A stretch of 64,000 bases of DNA from Candidatus Moanibacter sp. (GCA_965215885.1 CBDCEW010000081.1:12527-76526), one strand, 5' to 3'; numbered from the stretch's first letter, positions 48,801 to 59,157 are shown. Made by a program: numbers and translations. The notes: generated by a model from the letters alone, not told the origin.

Positions 48801-49077
48801 CGTGACTGTTTTTGAGTTATATCCATTTTAGCCGGATATGAAAGATAGGCCCTATTACGAAACGATCTGGGGATGATTTGACCGGGGAAAGCAGTAGAAT
48901 TGAAGCGGGCGACGCTGAGCTGGACAGCCTATGGATTGGGCGACTACGACCTTTGGTATTTGCGAACGAAGGACGGTGAGGAAGTGGATTTCCTGATTAC
49001 CCGCGATGGCGAATGGCGAACCGTGACTGTTTTTGAGTTATATCCATTTTAGCCGGATATGAAAGATAGGCCCTATT
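48801..49077 (+). repeat. Perfect 56-bp direct repeats (48801-48856, 49022-49077) flanking an ATPase remnant
   Basis: CGTGACTGTTTTTGAGTTATATCCATTTTAGCCGGATATGAAAGATAGGCCCTATT occurs twice. Confidence 0.92.
48838..49015 (+). pseudogene. AAA+ ATPase (AAA_14/DUF4143-type) remnant, ends only
   Basis: MKDRPYYETIW followed by LKR...W...G.GDYDLWYLRTKDGEEVDFLI. Confidence 0.6.
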
Positions 49078-49101
49078 CATGGGTTAATGGTATCTCATGG
49101 G

Positions 49102-50073
49102 TTAATGGTATCTCGGGGCAACCCATTGCGACAGGTCGTCCAACTCCTTGCGCTCATTTTCCGTCAGCACAACATCCAGGGCGCCAAAGGTTTCCTCGAC
49201 ATGTTCGGGTAGATCGGGGCCGATAATCGGGGCCGTAACTTCGGGGTGATCAAGAATCCACGCGATTGCAACTTGGGCTGGCGTGGCACCGCGGCTTTCG
49301 GACAGTTCAGCCAGTCTTTGGATCACACCTTGGCGACTTTCGGTCAGCGACTTCTCAAGATCTAATTGCTTCGCCCAGGGACTGGTTGGCGGCGGCTCTT
49401 CTCCCCGGCGAAAGCGCCCGCTCAACAATCCGACCGCTAAAGGGCTGTAAGTCATCAACCCAAGACCCCATTTCCGGCAGAGCGGCATCAGCTCGGGTTC
49501 AACCTCCCAGCGGTGGAGGAGGTTGTAATGATTCTGAAGGACACTGAATGTTCTCAGCCCGACCCGTTCCGCCGTCCAGAGCGCTTCCATCACCTGGGCA
49601 GCAGTGAAATTGCACACTCCCACATAACGAATCTTTCCCTGGCGCACAAGATCCCCCATGGCGGCGAATGTTTCCTCCAAAGGCGTCTCATAATCGTAAC
49701 TGTGTAACAAGTAGATGTCGATGTGCTCGACTTGCAGCCGCCTCAATGAATTTTCGATCTCACGCATGATATGAACTCTGGAGAGGCCCTGATCGTTAGG
49801 CCCCTCACCCATATTGCTGCGAACCTTGGAAGTGAGGACGATTTCGTCCCGGTTCTTCATGATCTTGAGCGCCTTTCCTACGACCTCTTCGCACCGTCCC
49901 TGGAAATACACATTCGCAGAATCGAAAAAGTTGCACCCCAGATCGACCGCCCGCTGAATGACTTCCAAACAGGTCTTCTCGTCGATGTGCCCATCCCAAT
50001 AGGCCCGGAATGCAGTGCCGAGACAGATGGGAGATACTTTGACTCCTGAATTTCCTATTCGTAAGTAGTTCAT
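49102..50073 (-). CDS. Aldo/keto reductase
   Basis: ICLGT, FDSANVY, SLRRL....IDIYLLH, GKIRYVG and YSPLA.G.L.G. Confidence 0.93.
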   Translation of the reverse strand: MNYLRIGNSGVKVSPICLGTAFRAYWDGHIDEKTCLEVIQRAVDLGCNFFDSANVYFQGRCEEVVGKALKIMKNRDEIVLTSKVRSNMGEGPNDQGLSRVHIMREIENSLRRLQVEHIDIYLLHSYDYETPLEETFAAMGDLVRQGKIRYVGVCNFTAAQVMEALWTAERVGLRTFSVLQNHYNLLHRWEVEPELMPLCRKWGLGLMTYSPLAVGLLSGRFRRGEEPPPTSPWAKQLDLEKSLTESRQGVIQRLAELSESRGATPAQVAIAWILDHPEVTAPIIGPDLPEHVEETFGALDVVLTENERKELDDLSQWVAPRYH

Positions 50074-50380
50074 TTATTCTGTCTCCTGTCAGTTAATGTT
50101 AACCCCATCATTTCAAACGGCTTCTTAAGGGCGGGTGATAAGTGGTTTGTAATAAGAGAGTTATGATGCAGATCTGGTTATTTTCAATCGCCTCAGAATG
50201 TGAATATAAGAAAATGCCCTTAAGAAGTCTAAATCCGACAAGCGCGAATAGCTGCGTTCCAGCCCGCAAACCGCTTGGTTATGTAGATTACTACGCTCCC
50301 GCGCGGATTTGCGGGCTGCGCCTTGCTCTTCATCAATTCTCGAATTTTTGAAACAATGGGGTTGATCCTTCAATGTTTCC

Positions 50381-52108
50381 TCACGATCGTCCGACTGTGG
50401 GTTCCACGCGCGCCAGAGCCTCATCCGAATTCGGGCGAAGGAAATCGAGGTCGCAACCTTCGTCAGCCCCCAACACATGCTCAGCGTACAAGCGCATATA
50501 GCCGCGAAGGTGGCGCTGCGTCGGCGGATTCCACTCCGAGGCACGTTTTTGCAGCTCCAGTTCTGTAATATCCAAGTCGATCATTCGCTTATCGACGTCC
50601 AACCGAATCGTATCACCATCGCGAACGATTGCCAACGGACCACCCACGGCAGCCTCCGGTGAGGTGTGCAGAATGACTGTTCCGAAGTGTGTTCCGCTCA
50701 TCCGGGCATCGCTGATGCGCACCATATCGCGAACCTTCTGCACGAGAAGCTTTCTCGGTATCGGAATGGCGCCCCATTCGGGCATTCCCGGTTGACCAAC
50801 CGGCCCGACATTACGAAGCACAAGAACAGTTTCAGGAGTTACGCTGAGATCGGGAGAGTCGATACGCTCCAGCATTTCGGCGTAACTGTCGAAAACCAGA
50901 GCGGGACCGGCATGCCGATGGAGGTGAGGAGAGGCAGCTGCCGCTTTCAGGACGGCTCCTTTCGGAGCCAGGCTTCCACCGAGAGTGACAATAGAATCCC
51001 GCTCGTAAATCGGATCGGTCGCTTCGCGAATGACGTCGCGATCGAAGCTCTGCGCACGACTCATTACCTCCCCAAGGTTTTCGCCGCTGATATTCAGACA
51101 GTCTGTATGGAGTAGAGATTCAATCTCCTTCATAACGGCCGGTATGCTTCCCGCCCGGTGCAGGTCGACGAGCAGGTAGCGACCGGCCGGTTTGAGGTTG
51201 ACGATCATCGGCGTCGTGGACGCGATTTTATTAAAGAGTGACGGTGGAAGTTGTATTCGCCGCCGGCCCGCGATGGCATGCAAATGGATCACTGCGTTGG
51301 TGGATCCTCCGATCGCCATAAGAACGCGAATGGCATTCTCAAAACTCTGTTGTGTGAGGATCCGGCTCGGCCGAAGATCCTCGTCCACCATTGCAACGAG
51401 ACGGCGCCCGGCCGCTTCCGCTGCCTGCAACTTGCGCGAGTCATGCGCTGGAATCGTCGAAGTGCCCGCCGGCATCAGGCCGAGCGCCTCCGACGTCGCG
51501 GCCATCGTGGAAGCCGTTCCCATCTCGTTACAGGCACCGCTCGAACAGGAGAGGCAGCTCTCCAAATGACCCCATTCCTCGGCATTGACTTCCCCAGCAC
51601 GGTATCCGTCCCAATATCTCCAGAAGTCCGTCCCTGAACTGACAGGTTCATTGCGCCAGAAACCTGCCGCCTTGGGACCGCCATTGAGTTGAATAGCGGG
51701 GAGGTCCGCGCTGGCGGCTGCCATGAGTTGGGCCGGGATCGTCTTGTCGCAATTGCAGAGCAATGCCACGGCGTCGATTGGATTAGCGCGTAGGGTCTCC
51801 TCGATATCCATGGAAACCAGGTTGCGATAGGGTAAATCGGAGGGCTTTAACAACTCGGCGCCCAGCGGCATGGCGGAAAATTCCAGGGGAATTCCACCCG
51901 CTTCCGAAACACCCCGTTTCACCGCCTCCGCAATTTCGCCTAAGCTCAGTTCACAATTGTTGAGTTCGCTTCTCGGGTTGCAGATGCCGATGACCGGACG
52001 GCCCGCGATGCGCTCCATGTCAAACCCTAGAGTGCCCAATACACTACGATGGCGGGTCCCGGACTCATCGTTCCGGGCAAACCATTGATCACTGCGTAAA
52101 CTCCTCAT
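50381..52108 (-). CDS. IlvD/Edd family dehydratase (sugar-acid dehydratase-like)
   Basis: CDKT, MGTASTM, IGGSTNA, GP.G.PGMPE, ISDARMSGT and PEAAVGGPLA. Confidence 0.9.
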   Translation of the reverse strand: MRSLRSDQWFARNDESGTRHRSVLGTLGFDMERIAGRPVIGICNPRSELNNCELSLGEIAEAVKRGVSEAGGIPLEFSAMPLGAELLKPSDLPYRNLVSMDIEETLRANPIDAVALLCNCDKTIPAQLMAAASADLPAIQLNGGPKAAGFWRNEPVSSGTDFWRYWDGYRAGEVNAEEWGHLESCLSCSSGACNEMGTASTMAATSEALGLMPAGTSTIPAHDSRKLQAAEAAGRRLVAMVDEDLRPSRILTQQSFENAIRVLMAIGGSTNAVIHLHAIAGRRRIQLPPSLFNKIASTTPMIVNLKPAGRYLLVDLHRAGSIPAVMKEIESLLHTDCLNISGENLGEVMSRAQSFDRDVIREATDPIYERDSIVTLGGSLAPKGAVLKAAAASPHLHRHAGPALVFDSYAEMLERIDSPDLSVTPETVLVLRNVGPVGQPGMPEWGAIPIPRKLLVQKVRDMVRISDARMSGTHFGTVILHTSPEAAVGGPLAIVRDGDTIRLDVDKRMIDLDITELELQKRASEWNPPTQRHLRGYMRLYAEHVLGADEGCDLDFLRPNSDEALARVEPTVGRS

Positions 52109-52232
52109 CGGTAAAGGCAAGGTCCCGCCTTTAACTTGCGCCATTCCCACAATCCAAGGGATTGGCACTTACTATCAGGAGATCTCTTCCCGATTTTTTC
52201 AATCTCAAAGGTCTTTGATGGGGAAGGCTATC

Positions 52233-53225
52233 CTATGAAGTATTCGTCTTGTTCTCCTCGACCATTTCCATGAGTTGCTCTTCAGTATATATTCCGGGCA
52301 ATTCCTGACTTCGAGCCATTTCCCCGGAAATCCGTTGCATGAGCTCATTATAGGGCGTCGGTATCTGATATTTTCGACCGAGCCTTACAATCTCTCCGTT
52401 GAGGAAATCAGCTTCAATGGATCCCTGTTTTCTAACGAGACTTTGCCAACTTGAACCCAATGTGCGAACCGGACTGGACTCGGGGTCCCTGTAACGATGC
52501 CGGTTGATGCGTTCCTGTAGCGAATCGGGCTCTTCCAGCGGCAATCTTGCGGCTTCGAGGCATCTGACTGCCTCTTCTCTCATTTTTGCCAGATACTGTT
52601 TGCGATCCCCCTTTCCGTCAGTAATTGCAACGAGGGCATTAGCGAGATTGCCCAGCATTTTTCCCGCTTTGGGTCCCATGACATCGGGGTGACTGAAGGC
52701 CACATAACCCGCTTTGTTGAGGTCAGCAACGAATGCTCCCACGAGTGAATCTTCTCCCTTCGGATATACTCCAAGTTCCACGTATCCAGCGTTGTCCAAG
52801 GCGGGATTATGCACCACTCCGTCCTCAAGGAATATGCCGGGAATGAAGATCATGGCGCCGTAGACGTATGGAAAGTAGCGAGCTGCCATCGATTCGTTAG
52901 CGATTCCGTTCTGAAAACAGACAATTCGCAGGTCCTCCGGCGCAACACCGGTCGCAACAAGATCACGCAGCGCCCCTTCCGTGTCTTGAGACTTCATTGT
53001 CAGGTATACAACATCGCCCTTCTTCAAATCCACGCAGCCGGGCGCGCTAACCGCCGGCACTTTCAGATGGAATGTCTCTTCTGGCGTAATCAATTCCAGG
53101 CCGTCGGATTGGATCTTCTCAATGTGGCTTCCACGCCCGATAAGAACAACGTCGTACCCATTTCGGAATAAATGGCCACCCAGGGCGCCTCCAATCGCTC
53201 CGGGTCTGTAAATGATATATCGCAT
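52233..53225 (-). CDS. Ketopantoate reductase family protein
   Basis: PGAIGG, KSQD, FQNG, K...N..N, SSWQSL and E.DFLNG.IV. Confidence 0.85.
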   Translation of the reverse strand: MRYIIYRPGAIGGALGGHLFRNGYDVVLIGRGSHIEKIQSDGLELITPEETFHLKVPAVSAPGCVDLKKGDVVYLTMKSQDTEGALRDLVATGVAPEDLRIVCFQNGIANESMAARYFPYVYGAMIFIPGIFLEDGVVHNPALDNAGYVELGVYPKGEDSLVGAFVADLNKAGYVAFSHPDVMGPKAGKMLGNLANALVAITDGKGDRKQYLAKMREEAVRCLEAARLPLEEPDSLQERINRHRYRDPESSPVRTLGSSWQSLVRKQGSIEADFLNGEIVRLGRKYQIPTPYNELMQRISGEMARSQELPGIYTEEQLMEMVEENKTNTS

Positions 53226-53300
53226 GCTTTTCTGTGGTATCGGGGTCAGTCCTTGATTAACTATGACCCCTTTTGAAGCCCCTTTATTGACCACGTCTAA

Positions 53301-53482
53301 CTAGCCCGGACATTTCACACACTTCGTAGCGAGACGGCGTAGATCGCTGCGTGTCAATGCCTTTCCGAAGCACGGCGGGCGACAGTGTGTTAAGACCCTC
53401 TGAGGTCGCCGGGCAAGGGAAGGCATTGACACGCTGTGAGATCCATCGTCGTAGTAGAAGGTTCGTGAAATGTTCGGGCTAG
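53301..53482. mobile_element. MITE with CTAG flanks, copy 2 (reverse orientation)
   Basis: CTAG-CCCGGACATTTCAC...GTGAAATGTTCGGG-CTAG; interior homologous to 11391-11579. Confidence 0.85.
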
Positions 53483-53486
53483 AAGA

Positions 53487-54257
53487 TTACGGGCGCACCA
53501 TGAGGCCGCCGTCTACCGTGAGATGGGCTCCAGTGACGAACGATGCCTCATCGGAGGCAAAGAAGACAGCAACCTCAGCCACTTCAGCTGGTTGTCCGAT
53601 GCGCCCGATGGGATGGTAGGCTACGACTTCGGTCCACGCGCTCTCAGGGTCAGGCTTCTGAGCTAAGTAGTGATCGAGTTCAGGGGTATGGATGAATCCA
53701 GGACAGATGGCATTTACCCGAATGTTCTCGGGTGCATAGTCGAGCGCCATCTGACGGGTGAGCATTAACAAACCACCCTTAGAGGCGCAGTAGGCCGCAT
53801 CGGCCGGGAACCCGACGAAGCTGGCCACCGAAGCAAGGTTGATGATGCTGCCACCACCTGAGCGGCGCAGGGCCGGAATGGCACACTTAGAGCAGTGAAA
53901 CACTCCATCGAGGTTAATAGACATCAAGTGACGCCACTCCTCCTCCGTGGTATCTTCCACGGTGCGCAGCATGCCGATTCCGGCATTATTGCAGAGCAGG
54001 TCCAGACGCCCCCACCTCTCGACCGTCGAATCGACCAACTGCTGAACATCAGACATCACGGAGACATCGGCCTCAATATACAGTGCTTCGCCACCCCCTT
54101 CACGAAGGGCAGCGGCTACGGCCTCGCCTTTATCCTTAGTGCTGGCGCGGCTGCAGATAGCCACGCATGCCCCCTCACGCACAAATGCGGTGGCAATGGC
54201 CTCGCCGATCCCCTTGCTGGCTCCCGTTACTATAGCAACTTTATCTTTCAATCGCAT
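53487..54257 (-). CDS. SDR family oxidoreductase
   Basis: TGASKGIG, NNAG and YCASKG. Confidence 0.92.
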   Translation of the reverse strand: MRLKDKVAIVTGASKGIGEAIATAFVREGACVAICSRASTKDKGEAVAAALREGGGEALYIEADVSVMSDVQQLVDSTVERWGRLDLLCNNAGIGMLRTVEDTTEEEWRHLMSINLDGVFHCSKCAIPALRRSGGGSIINLASVASFVGFPADAAYCASKGGLLMLTRQMALDYAPENIRVNAICPGFIHTPELDHYLAQKPDPESAWTEVVAYHPIGRIGQPAEVAEVAVFFASDEASFVTGAHLTVDGGLMVRP

Positions 54258-54279
54258 GAGCCTATCTCTCTCCATAACA

Positions 54280-55035
54280 TTATTTAATCAGACCCCCATC
54301 CACGATGTAGACTGCCCCAGTGACAAACGAGGCCTCATCGGAGGCCAGGAAAACAGCGAGATTTGCCACCTCCTCAGGCTCGCCGAACTTGCGAAGCATG
54401 GTGTTCTGAATGATTTGATTCACGGCTTCCGAATCGTTGAGTATTTCCTCATTCATCGGAGTCTTAATAAATCCCGGACAAATGACATTGGCACGCAGGC
54501 CCTGCGGCCCGTAGTGGTTCGCAATAGACCGAGTGTAGGCCAACAACCCTCCTTTAGCAGCTGCGTAAGCATGTGCCAGGGGATCCCCAGCATACGATGC
54601 CACTGATCCGATGTTCAGGATGACGCCGCTTCCACTCTTCAGGAGCAAAGGGATAGCATAGTGACAACAGAGGTAAACGCCTCGTAGATTCACGTCCATG
54701 ATCCGATCAAACACCGGCGGCGGTAAATCTGCCGTTGGCGCATCCTCGTGGGCTAAATAGATACCCGCATTATTGTAGAGCACCTGCAAGGCTCCATATT
54801 CGCGCCTTGTGGTCTCAACGATTGCGGCCACTTCCTCGGCGACCGTGACATCAGCCGTTACAGCGACGGCGGTCCCACCCTGTTTACGAATATCTGTCGC
54901 CACCGTTTCGACACCCTCCGCTTCCCGATCGGCGACGACGACCCGGGCACCCTCACGGGCAAACCGTCGGGCCACCGCTTCGCCCTGGCCTCGAGCCGCA
55001 CCGGTAACGATAGCTACCTTCTTTTGCAATCTCAT
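54280..55035 (-). CDS. SDR family oxidoreductase
   Basis: TGAARGQG, NNAG and YAAAKG. Confidence 0.92.
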   Translation of the reverse strand: MRLQKKVAIVTGAARGQGEAVARRFAREGARVVVADREAEGVETVATDIRKQGGTAVAVTADVTVAEEVAAIVETTRREYGALQVLYNNAGIYLAHEDAPTADLPPPVFDRIMDVNLRGVYLCCHYAIPLLLKSGSGVILNIGSVASYAGDPLAHAYAAAKGGLLAYTRSIANHYGPQGLRANVICPGFIKTPMNEEILNDSEAVNQIIQNTMLRKFGEPEEVANLAVFLASDEASFVTGAVYIVDGGLIK

Positions 55036-55113
55036 CAAGCCCACATCGCTCACCGGTTTCCGCTGAACGGTTTTAAATAGTTGAACTTGTGAGTGCGCAT
55101 CCGGAGCTGCCGA

Positions 55114-56874
55114 TTATGAGTTATTACGCAGCCGGATCGTCGCCTCAGGGTCCACGGCGCCATCTTCCCGCAGCACTGCCCTGTACTCTGCTTCGGCCTG
55201 TTCTCTGGAGATATACTGCTCGGCGATGTCACGTTCTATTCGTTCGAAGTCGCGTTCCAATGGGTCGCCGTATCCGCCACCGCCAGAGGTGACCAGCCGG
55301 ATTATGTCACCTTGATGCATATAGATATCGGAGAACTTTCCATCACACTTGGTGCTGAATGCTTCTTTCATCGTTTGGTAGGAATCGCGATTTTCCACTT
55401 TGACCAGGAAGGCCGATGTCTTACCAGGTTGTCCGCCAAAGAATCCCTCAGGCTCAATGATATTGCGCTCGATAAAGCCTGATACACGCAACTCTTCCGA
55501 CCGAATTTCGATCTCACGGGTATATCCAAGTCCGCCGCGATTCCGGCCGGCGCCACCTGATCCCACGTAGAGGGCGAATTCCCGGTGAAGAATCGGATAA
55601 CGGGTTTCCAACACCTCAATTGGGGCGATGGCGCAATTGCCGTTGGGGATGCACTGCCCATCATTACCATCTTTTGTAGCCCTCCCTCCCCAGCCGCAGC
55701 CTTCATTGGACAGGTTGGCAAACATCTCGCCCGTATCCGGATGTATCCCGCCAATAGCCAATAGCTCAGAAGTACCGCCATCAAAAGCCGAGACCCGGTC
55801 CGGAAGAGCGTCCTTCAGCGCTGCATAAATCGCCATCACCAGGTGCGGATGAATCTCGGAGTTTCCGCCTACGCTAGCGCCCGGATACTCCACGTTGACG
55901 ATTGTGCTCGGCGGTGCGATGATGGTCACGGGCCGGTAGCAGCCGTGGTTCGAGGGAATGTCTTTGTCGGTCAGGTGCAGCAACGCATTGTAGGTGGCCG
56001 AAGCCGTCACCCCATAGGTACAGTTGACCGGTCCACGGGCCTGCTTGGCCGATCCGGAGTAGTCCACGATCATCTCGTCATCCTCGATAATCACGGTCGT
56101 CCGCAGCTTAAGCGGTTCGTCTATGATGCCGTCGTTGTCAATGGCATACCCCTCATAAGTGTAAATCCCGTCAGGCATCTCCCGAAGCTCCTGCCGCATC
56201 CGCCGCTCGGAATAATCCTTGATGGCTTCCTTCATTTCAAAGAAGGTCTCAAGCCCATATCGGTCGATAAGTTCGAGCATGGATTTCTCGCCCACATATA
56301 GCGACCCGATCATGGCTTTGACGTCGCCGTAGGCATACCGGGGTGTCCGAACGTTTGAGAGGATGATATTCCAGATGTCATCCCGATCTTGACCGGCTTC
56401 CACGATCTTTACCGGAGGCAGCCGAATGCCCTCTTGAAATACTTCCGTGGCGTCGCCCGCAAACCCGCCGGGAACCATGCCACCGACTTCGGTCATGTGA
56501 CCGATGCAACAGAGAAATGCGATGATTTGATCCTGGTAGAAAACCGGCTTAATGACGCAGAACTCGGGAATGTGACAGCCCCCACGAAAGGGGTCGTTAT
56601 GGATAACAATATCGCCGGGGTGGAAATTCTCGAGACCGACCTCTTGGATCGTCCACTCGACGATGTAGATAATAGCCCCAAGATGAGCCGGACAGAATTC
56701 GGCTTGTGCGATCATCTCGCCCTTTTCGTCAAAGATAGCGCATGAGAAATCCAAGCCCTCATTGAATAGGGGAGAATAGGAAGTGTTCATCATCGCCACA
56801 CCCATCTCGCGGGCGGTCGTAACGAGGAAGTTATTGATTACCTGCAACGTGATCTGATCAATCTGCTTAGCCAT
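55114..56874 (-). CDS. Hydantoinase B / oxoprolinase family protein
   Basis: DFSCAIFD, NDPFRGGCH, GH..EVGG..PG, FQEG and GGGGYGDP.ER. Confidence 0.93.
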   Translation of the reverse strand: MAKQIDQITLQVINNFLVTTAREMGVAMMNTSYSPLFNEGLDFSCAIFDEKGEMIAQAEFCPAHLGAIIYIVEWTIQEVGLENFHPGDIVIHNDPFRGGCHIPEFCVIKPVFYQDQIIAFLCCIGHMTEVGGMVPGGFAGDATEVFQEGIRLPPVKIVEAGQDRDDIWNIILSNVRTPRYAYGDVKAMIGSLYVGEKSMLELIDRYGLETFFEMKEAIKDYSERRMRQELREMPDGIYTYEGYAIDNDGIIDEPLKLRTTVIIEDDEMIVDYSGSAKQARGPVNCTYGVTASATYNALLHLTDKDIPSNHGCYRPVTIIAPPSTIVNVEYPGASVGGNSEIHPHLVMAIYAALKDALPDRVSAFDGGTSELLAIGGIHPDTGEMFANLSNEGCGWGGRATKDGNDGQCIPNGNCAIAPIEVLETRYPILHREFALYVGSGGAGRNRGGLGYTREIEIRSEELRVSGFIERNIIEPEGFFGGQPGKTSAFLVKVENRDSYQTMKEAFSTKCDGKFSDIYMHQGDIIRLVTSGGGGYGDPLERDFERIERDIAEQYISREQAEAEYRAVLREDGAVDPEATIRLRNNS

Positions 56875-58933
56875 CGAAGTCGTTCCTTTCCCTTCCTTTA
56901 CGCGTTCGAATAACGAGGTTGCCCCAGTCATCAACCTGCATGATCTGGTCAGGCAGTAGCAGGGTTAGGGAGAAGTCCTCTTCTATGACCGCCGGTCCCT
57001 CCAGAGTATTTCCTGCCGCCAGTTCGTCACGCCAATAGATGGGGCAGGTAACGAACCCATCTTTCTCGGAGAAAAAAACATCGCGAGAACCCATTGCCGA
57101 GGGCGTACCGCCCTGGCGCAGCCTGGGTAAGGTGCACTTGTGGGTTGAACCATGCGCGGTGACGTGGAAGTTGACGAATTCGATGATCTCATGCGGAATG
57201 CTATACCCGTAAAGTGATTCGTGCTGGGCTGCAAACCGGCGGTAGATCTCGGCCAGATCCTTATCGTCCAATGTATCCTCGACCTTTGGGACCGCTACCT
57301 CTACGCCGTAGTTCTGCCCCATATAGCGCATCTCAATGGTTTTGGCCACTGTTGGGTCCCCCGCATAGCCCTCGCGGGCGATGGTATCGCGGGCCCGGCG
57401 CTCCAAGTCCTCCAGGGTCGCGTTTATGGTGGAGAGGTTCAGGAAGTCCGACCGCATATTCGCCGTTTGGGAAACATCGGCCCGCATATCGGCGATCGTC
57501 AGACCAAAAGCGGATAGCACCCCCTGATGTACGGGTACCAGCACTTCATGGATGTCCATCAACTCTGCCAAAGCAGCGGCGTGGGCTGAACCGGCACCAC
57601 CAAAAGCACTCAGGGTGAAATCTCGAGGATCGTGCCCCAAGTCAATTGAAACCAGGCGAATCGCGTTTACCATGTTCCAGTTGACCAGTTGGATAATATT
57701 GTGAGCCGTCTCGTATTGATCGAGTCCGAGCTTCTCTGCGTAGCGGCCAACAGCTGTCTCCGCGGCTGCCTTATCGAGCTTGATTTTACCACCCGCGAAT
57801 CGATCGGAGTCCAGTCGGCCCAGCACCAGGTTGGCATCGGTGACGGTCGGTTGGGTCCCGCCCCGTCCGTAACAGACAGGCCCCGGATTGGCTCCCGCGC
57901 TTTGTGGTCCCACGCGGAGCAGCCCGCCTTTGTCTATCCAGGCCAGCGAACCGCCGCCGGCTCCAATAGTCTTGACGTCGACCATGGCGGTCCGAATGGG
58001 GAGGCCCCATTCCAACTCGACCCCGTTGGAACGATTGAAGTGACCATTTACAATCAGGCTGACGTCGAAGCTGGTGCCCCCCATATCGGTGGCGATGAGG
58101 TTCTTCCGGCCGGTCATTTGGCCCACGTGCACCGCCCCGAGCACTCCCCCCACGGGTCCTGAAATCAGTATATCTATCGGCTTCCTGGCCACCGACCCAT
58201 AGTCGGTCAGGCCGCCATTAGATTTCATCATCAGTAAGTGAGTATCGATTTGGTTAGATATGAGACCTTCATGAAGATTGTGCACATAAGTATGCACCGA
58301 CGGCTTCAAAAATGCATCGAGAATTGTGGTACTGGCTCGCTCGTACTCCCGCCAGCGGGGATAGACCTCGTGGGAAAGAGAGACGTATGCCTCCGGGTAA
58401 TGCTCCTCGATGAGCTCCCGCATCCGCAATTCATGCCGTGGATGCAAATAGGAAAACAGGAAGCAGACCCCGATAGCCTCAATACCGCATTGTTTGAACT
58501 CGAGAATCACTTCGCGGGCTGACGCTTCATCGAGAGGTAAGAGCACTTCACCCTGGTAATTGACCCGCTCCCTTACCTCCCGACAGTCCCGCCGGTTTAA
58601 CGGAAGCTTCGGTTTATCCCACGTCAGGTCGTAATGATGTTTCCGGTTCATCCGCTGAATGAAGATGATGTCTCGGAACCCCTTCGTACAGATAAAGCCG
58701 GTTTTGGCGCCCTTGCGCTCCAATAATGCGTTAGTCGCTACCGTGGTACCGTGAATCAGAGCCTCAAACTCAGTGCTGTTCGCTCCTGATTGTTGAATGA
58801 CATCCATAACCCCAACGATGGGGTTATCCGGGGTGCTGCTGGCCTTGGTCGCCAGCACCTTCCCGGATGCATCGTCAATGAGAACCAGGTCCGTGAAGGT
58901 TCCGCCTACGTCAATACCCAAACGAATTGCCAT
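56867..58933 (-). CDS. Hydantoinase A / oxoprolinase family protein
   Basis: GIDVGGTFTD, HGTTVATNALLE, DMGGTSFD, IGAGGGS and GP.SAGA.PGP.CY. Confidence 0.93.
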   Translation of the reverse strand: MAIRLGIDVGGTFTDLVLIDDASGKVLATKASSTPDNPIVGVMDVIQQSGANSTEFEALIHGTTVATNALLERKGAKTGFICTKGFRDIIFIQRMNRKHHYDLTWDKPKLPLNRRDCREVRERVNYQGEVLLPLDEASAREVILEFKQCGIEAIGVCFLFSYLHPRHELRMRELIEEHYPEAYVSLSHEVYPRWREYERASTTILDAFLKPSVHTYVHNLHEGLISNQIDTHLLMMKSNGGLTDYGSVARKPIDILISGPVGGVLGAVHVGQMTGRKNLIATDMGGTSFDVSLIVNGHFNRSNGVELEWGLPIRTAMVDVKTIGAGGGSLAWIDKGGLLRVGPQSAGANPGPVCYGRGGTQPTVTDANLVLGRLDSDRFAGGKIKLDKAAAETAVGRYAEKLGLDQYETAHNIIQLVNWNMVNAIRLVSIDLGHDPRDFTLSAFGGAGSAHAAALAELMDIHEVLVPVHQGVLSAFGLTIADMRADVSQTANMRSDFLNLSTINATLEDLERRARDTIAREGYAGDPTVAKTIEMRYMGQNYGVEVAVPKVEDTLDDKDLAEIYRRFAAQHESLYGYSIPHEIIEFVNFHVTAHGSTHKCTLPRLRQGGTPSAMGSRDVFFSEKDGFVTCPIYWRDELAAGNTLEGPAVIEEDFSLTLLLPDQIMQVDDWGNLVIRTRKGRERNDFDG

Positions 58934-58968
58934 GTCGTTTTACTCCCGTATTCCGTAGGAGTAACGTC

Positions 58969-59157
58969 CTATCGAGCTCCGATTCTCTTATGCATTTCCT
59001 GTTCGGAGAGTTGGTCGGGGTGCAGTTTATGGAGCAACTGGACGCAACGCTTAGAGCACATTCGGTGCTCGCGAATTACTATGGGTTCGGCTTTCAGGGG
59101 AAGGATTTTGCCACAGAGAGTACAGCGTGGAAACTTCTGATTAATCAATATAGGCAT
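58969..59157 (-). CDS. Small CxxC...CSxxC (TRASH/zinc-ribbon-like) protein
   Basis: 62 aa, CTLC-x18-CSKRC; ends 35 bp upstream of hydantoinase A on the same strand. Confidence 0.55.
   Translation of the reverse strand: MPILINQKFPRCTLCGKILPLKAEPIVIREHRMCSKRCVQLLHKLHPDQLSEQEMHKRIGAR

Noticed and set aside
48801..49077. Prophage/ICE attL-attR or DGR template/variable repeat pair
   Set aside because: Repeats are identical, only 165 bp apart, and there is no integrase, reverse transcriptase or adenine-specific variation.
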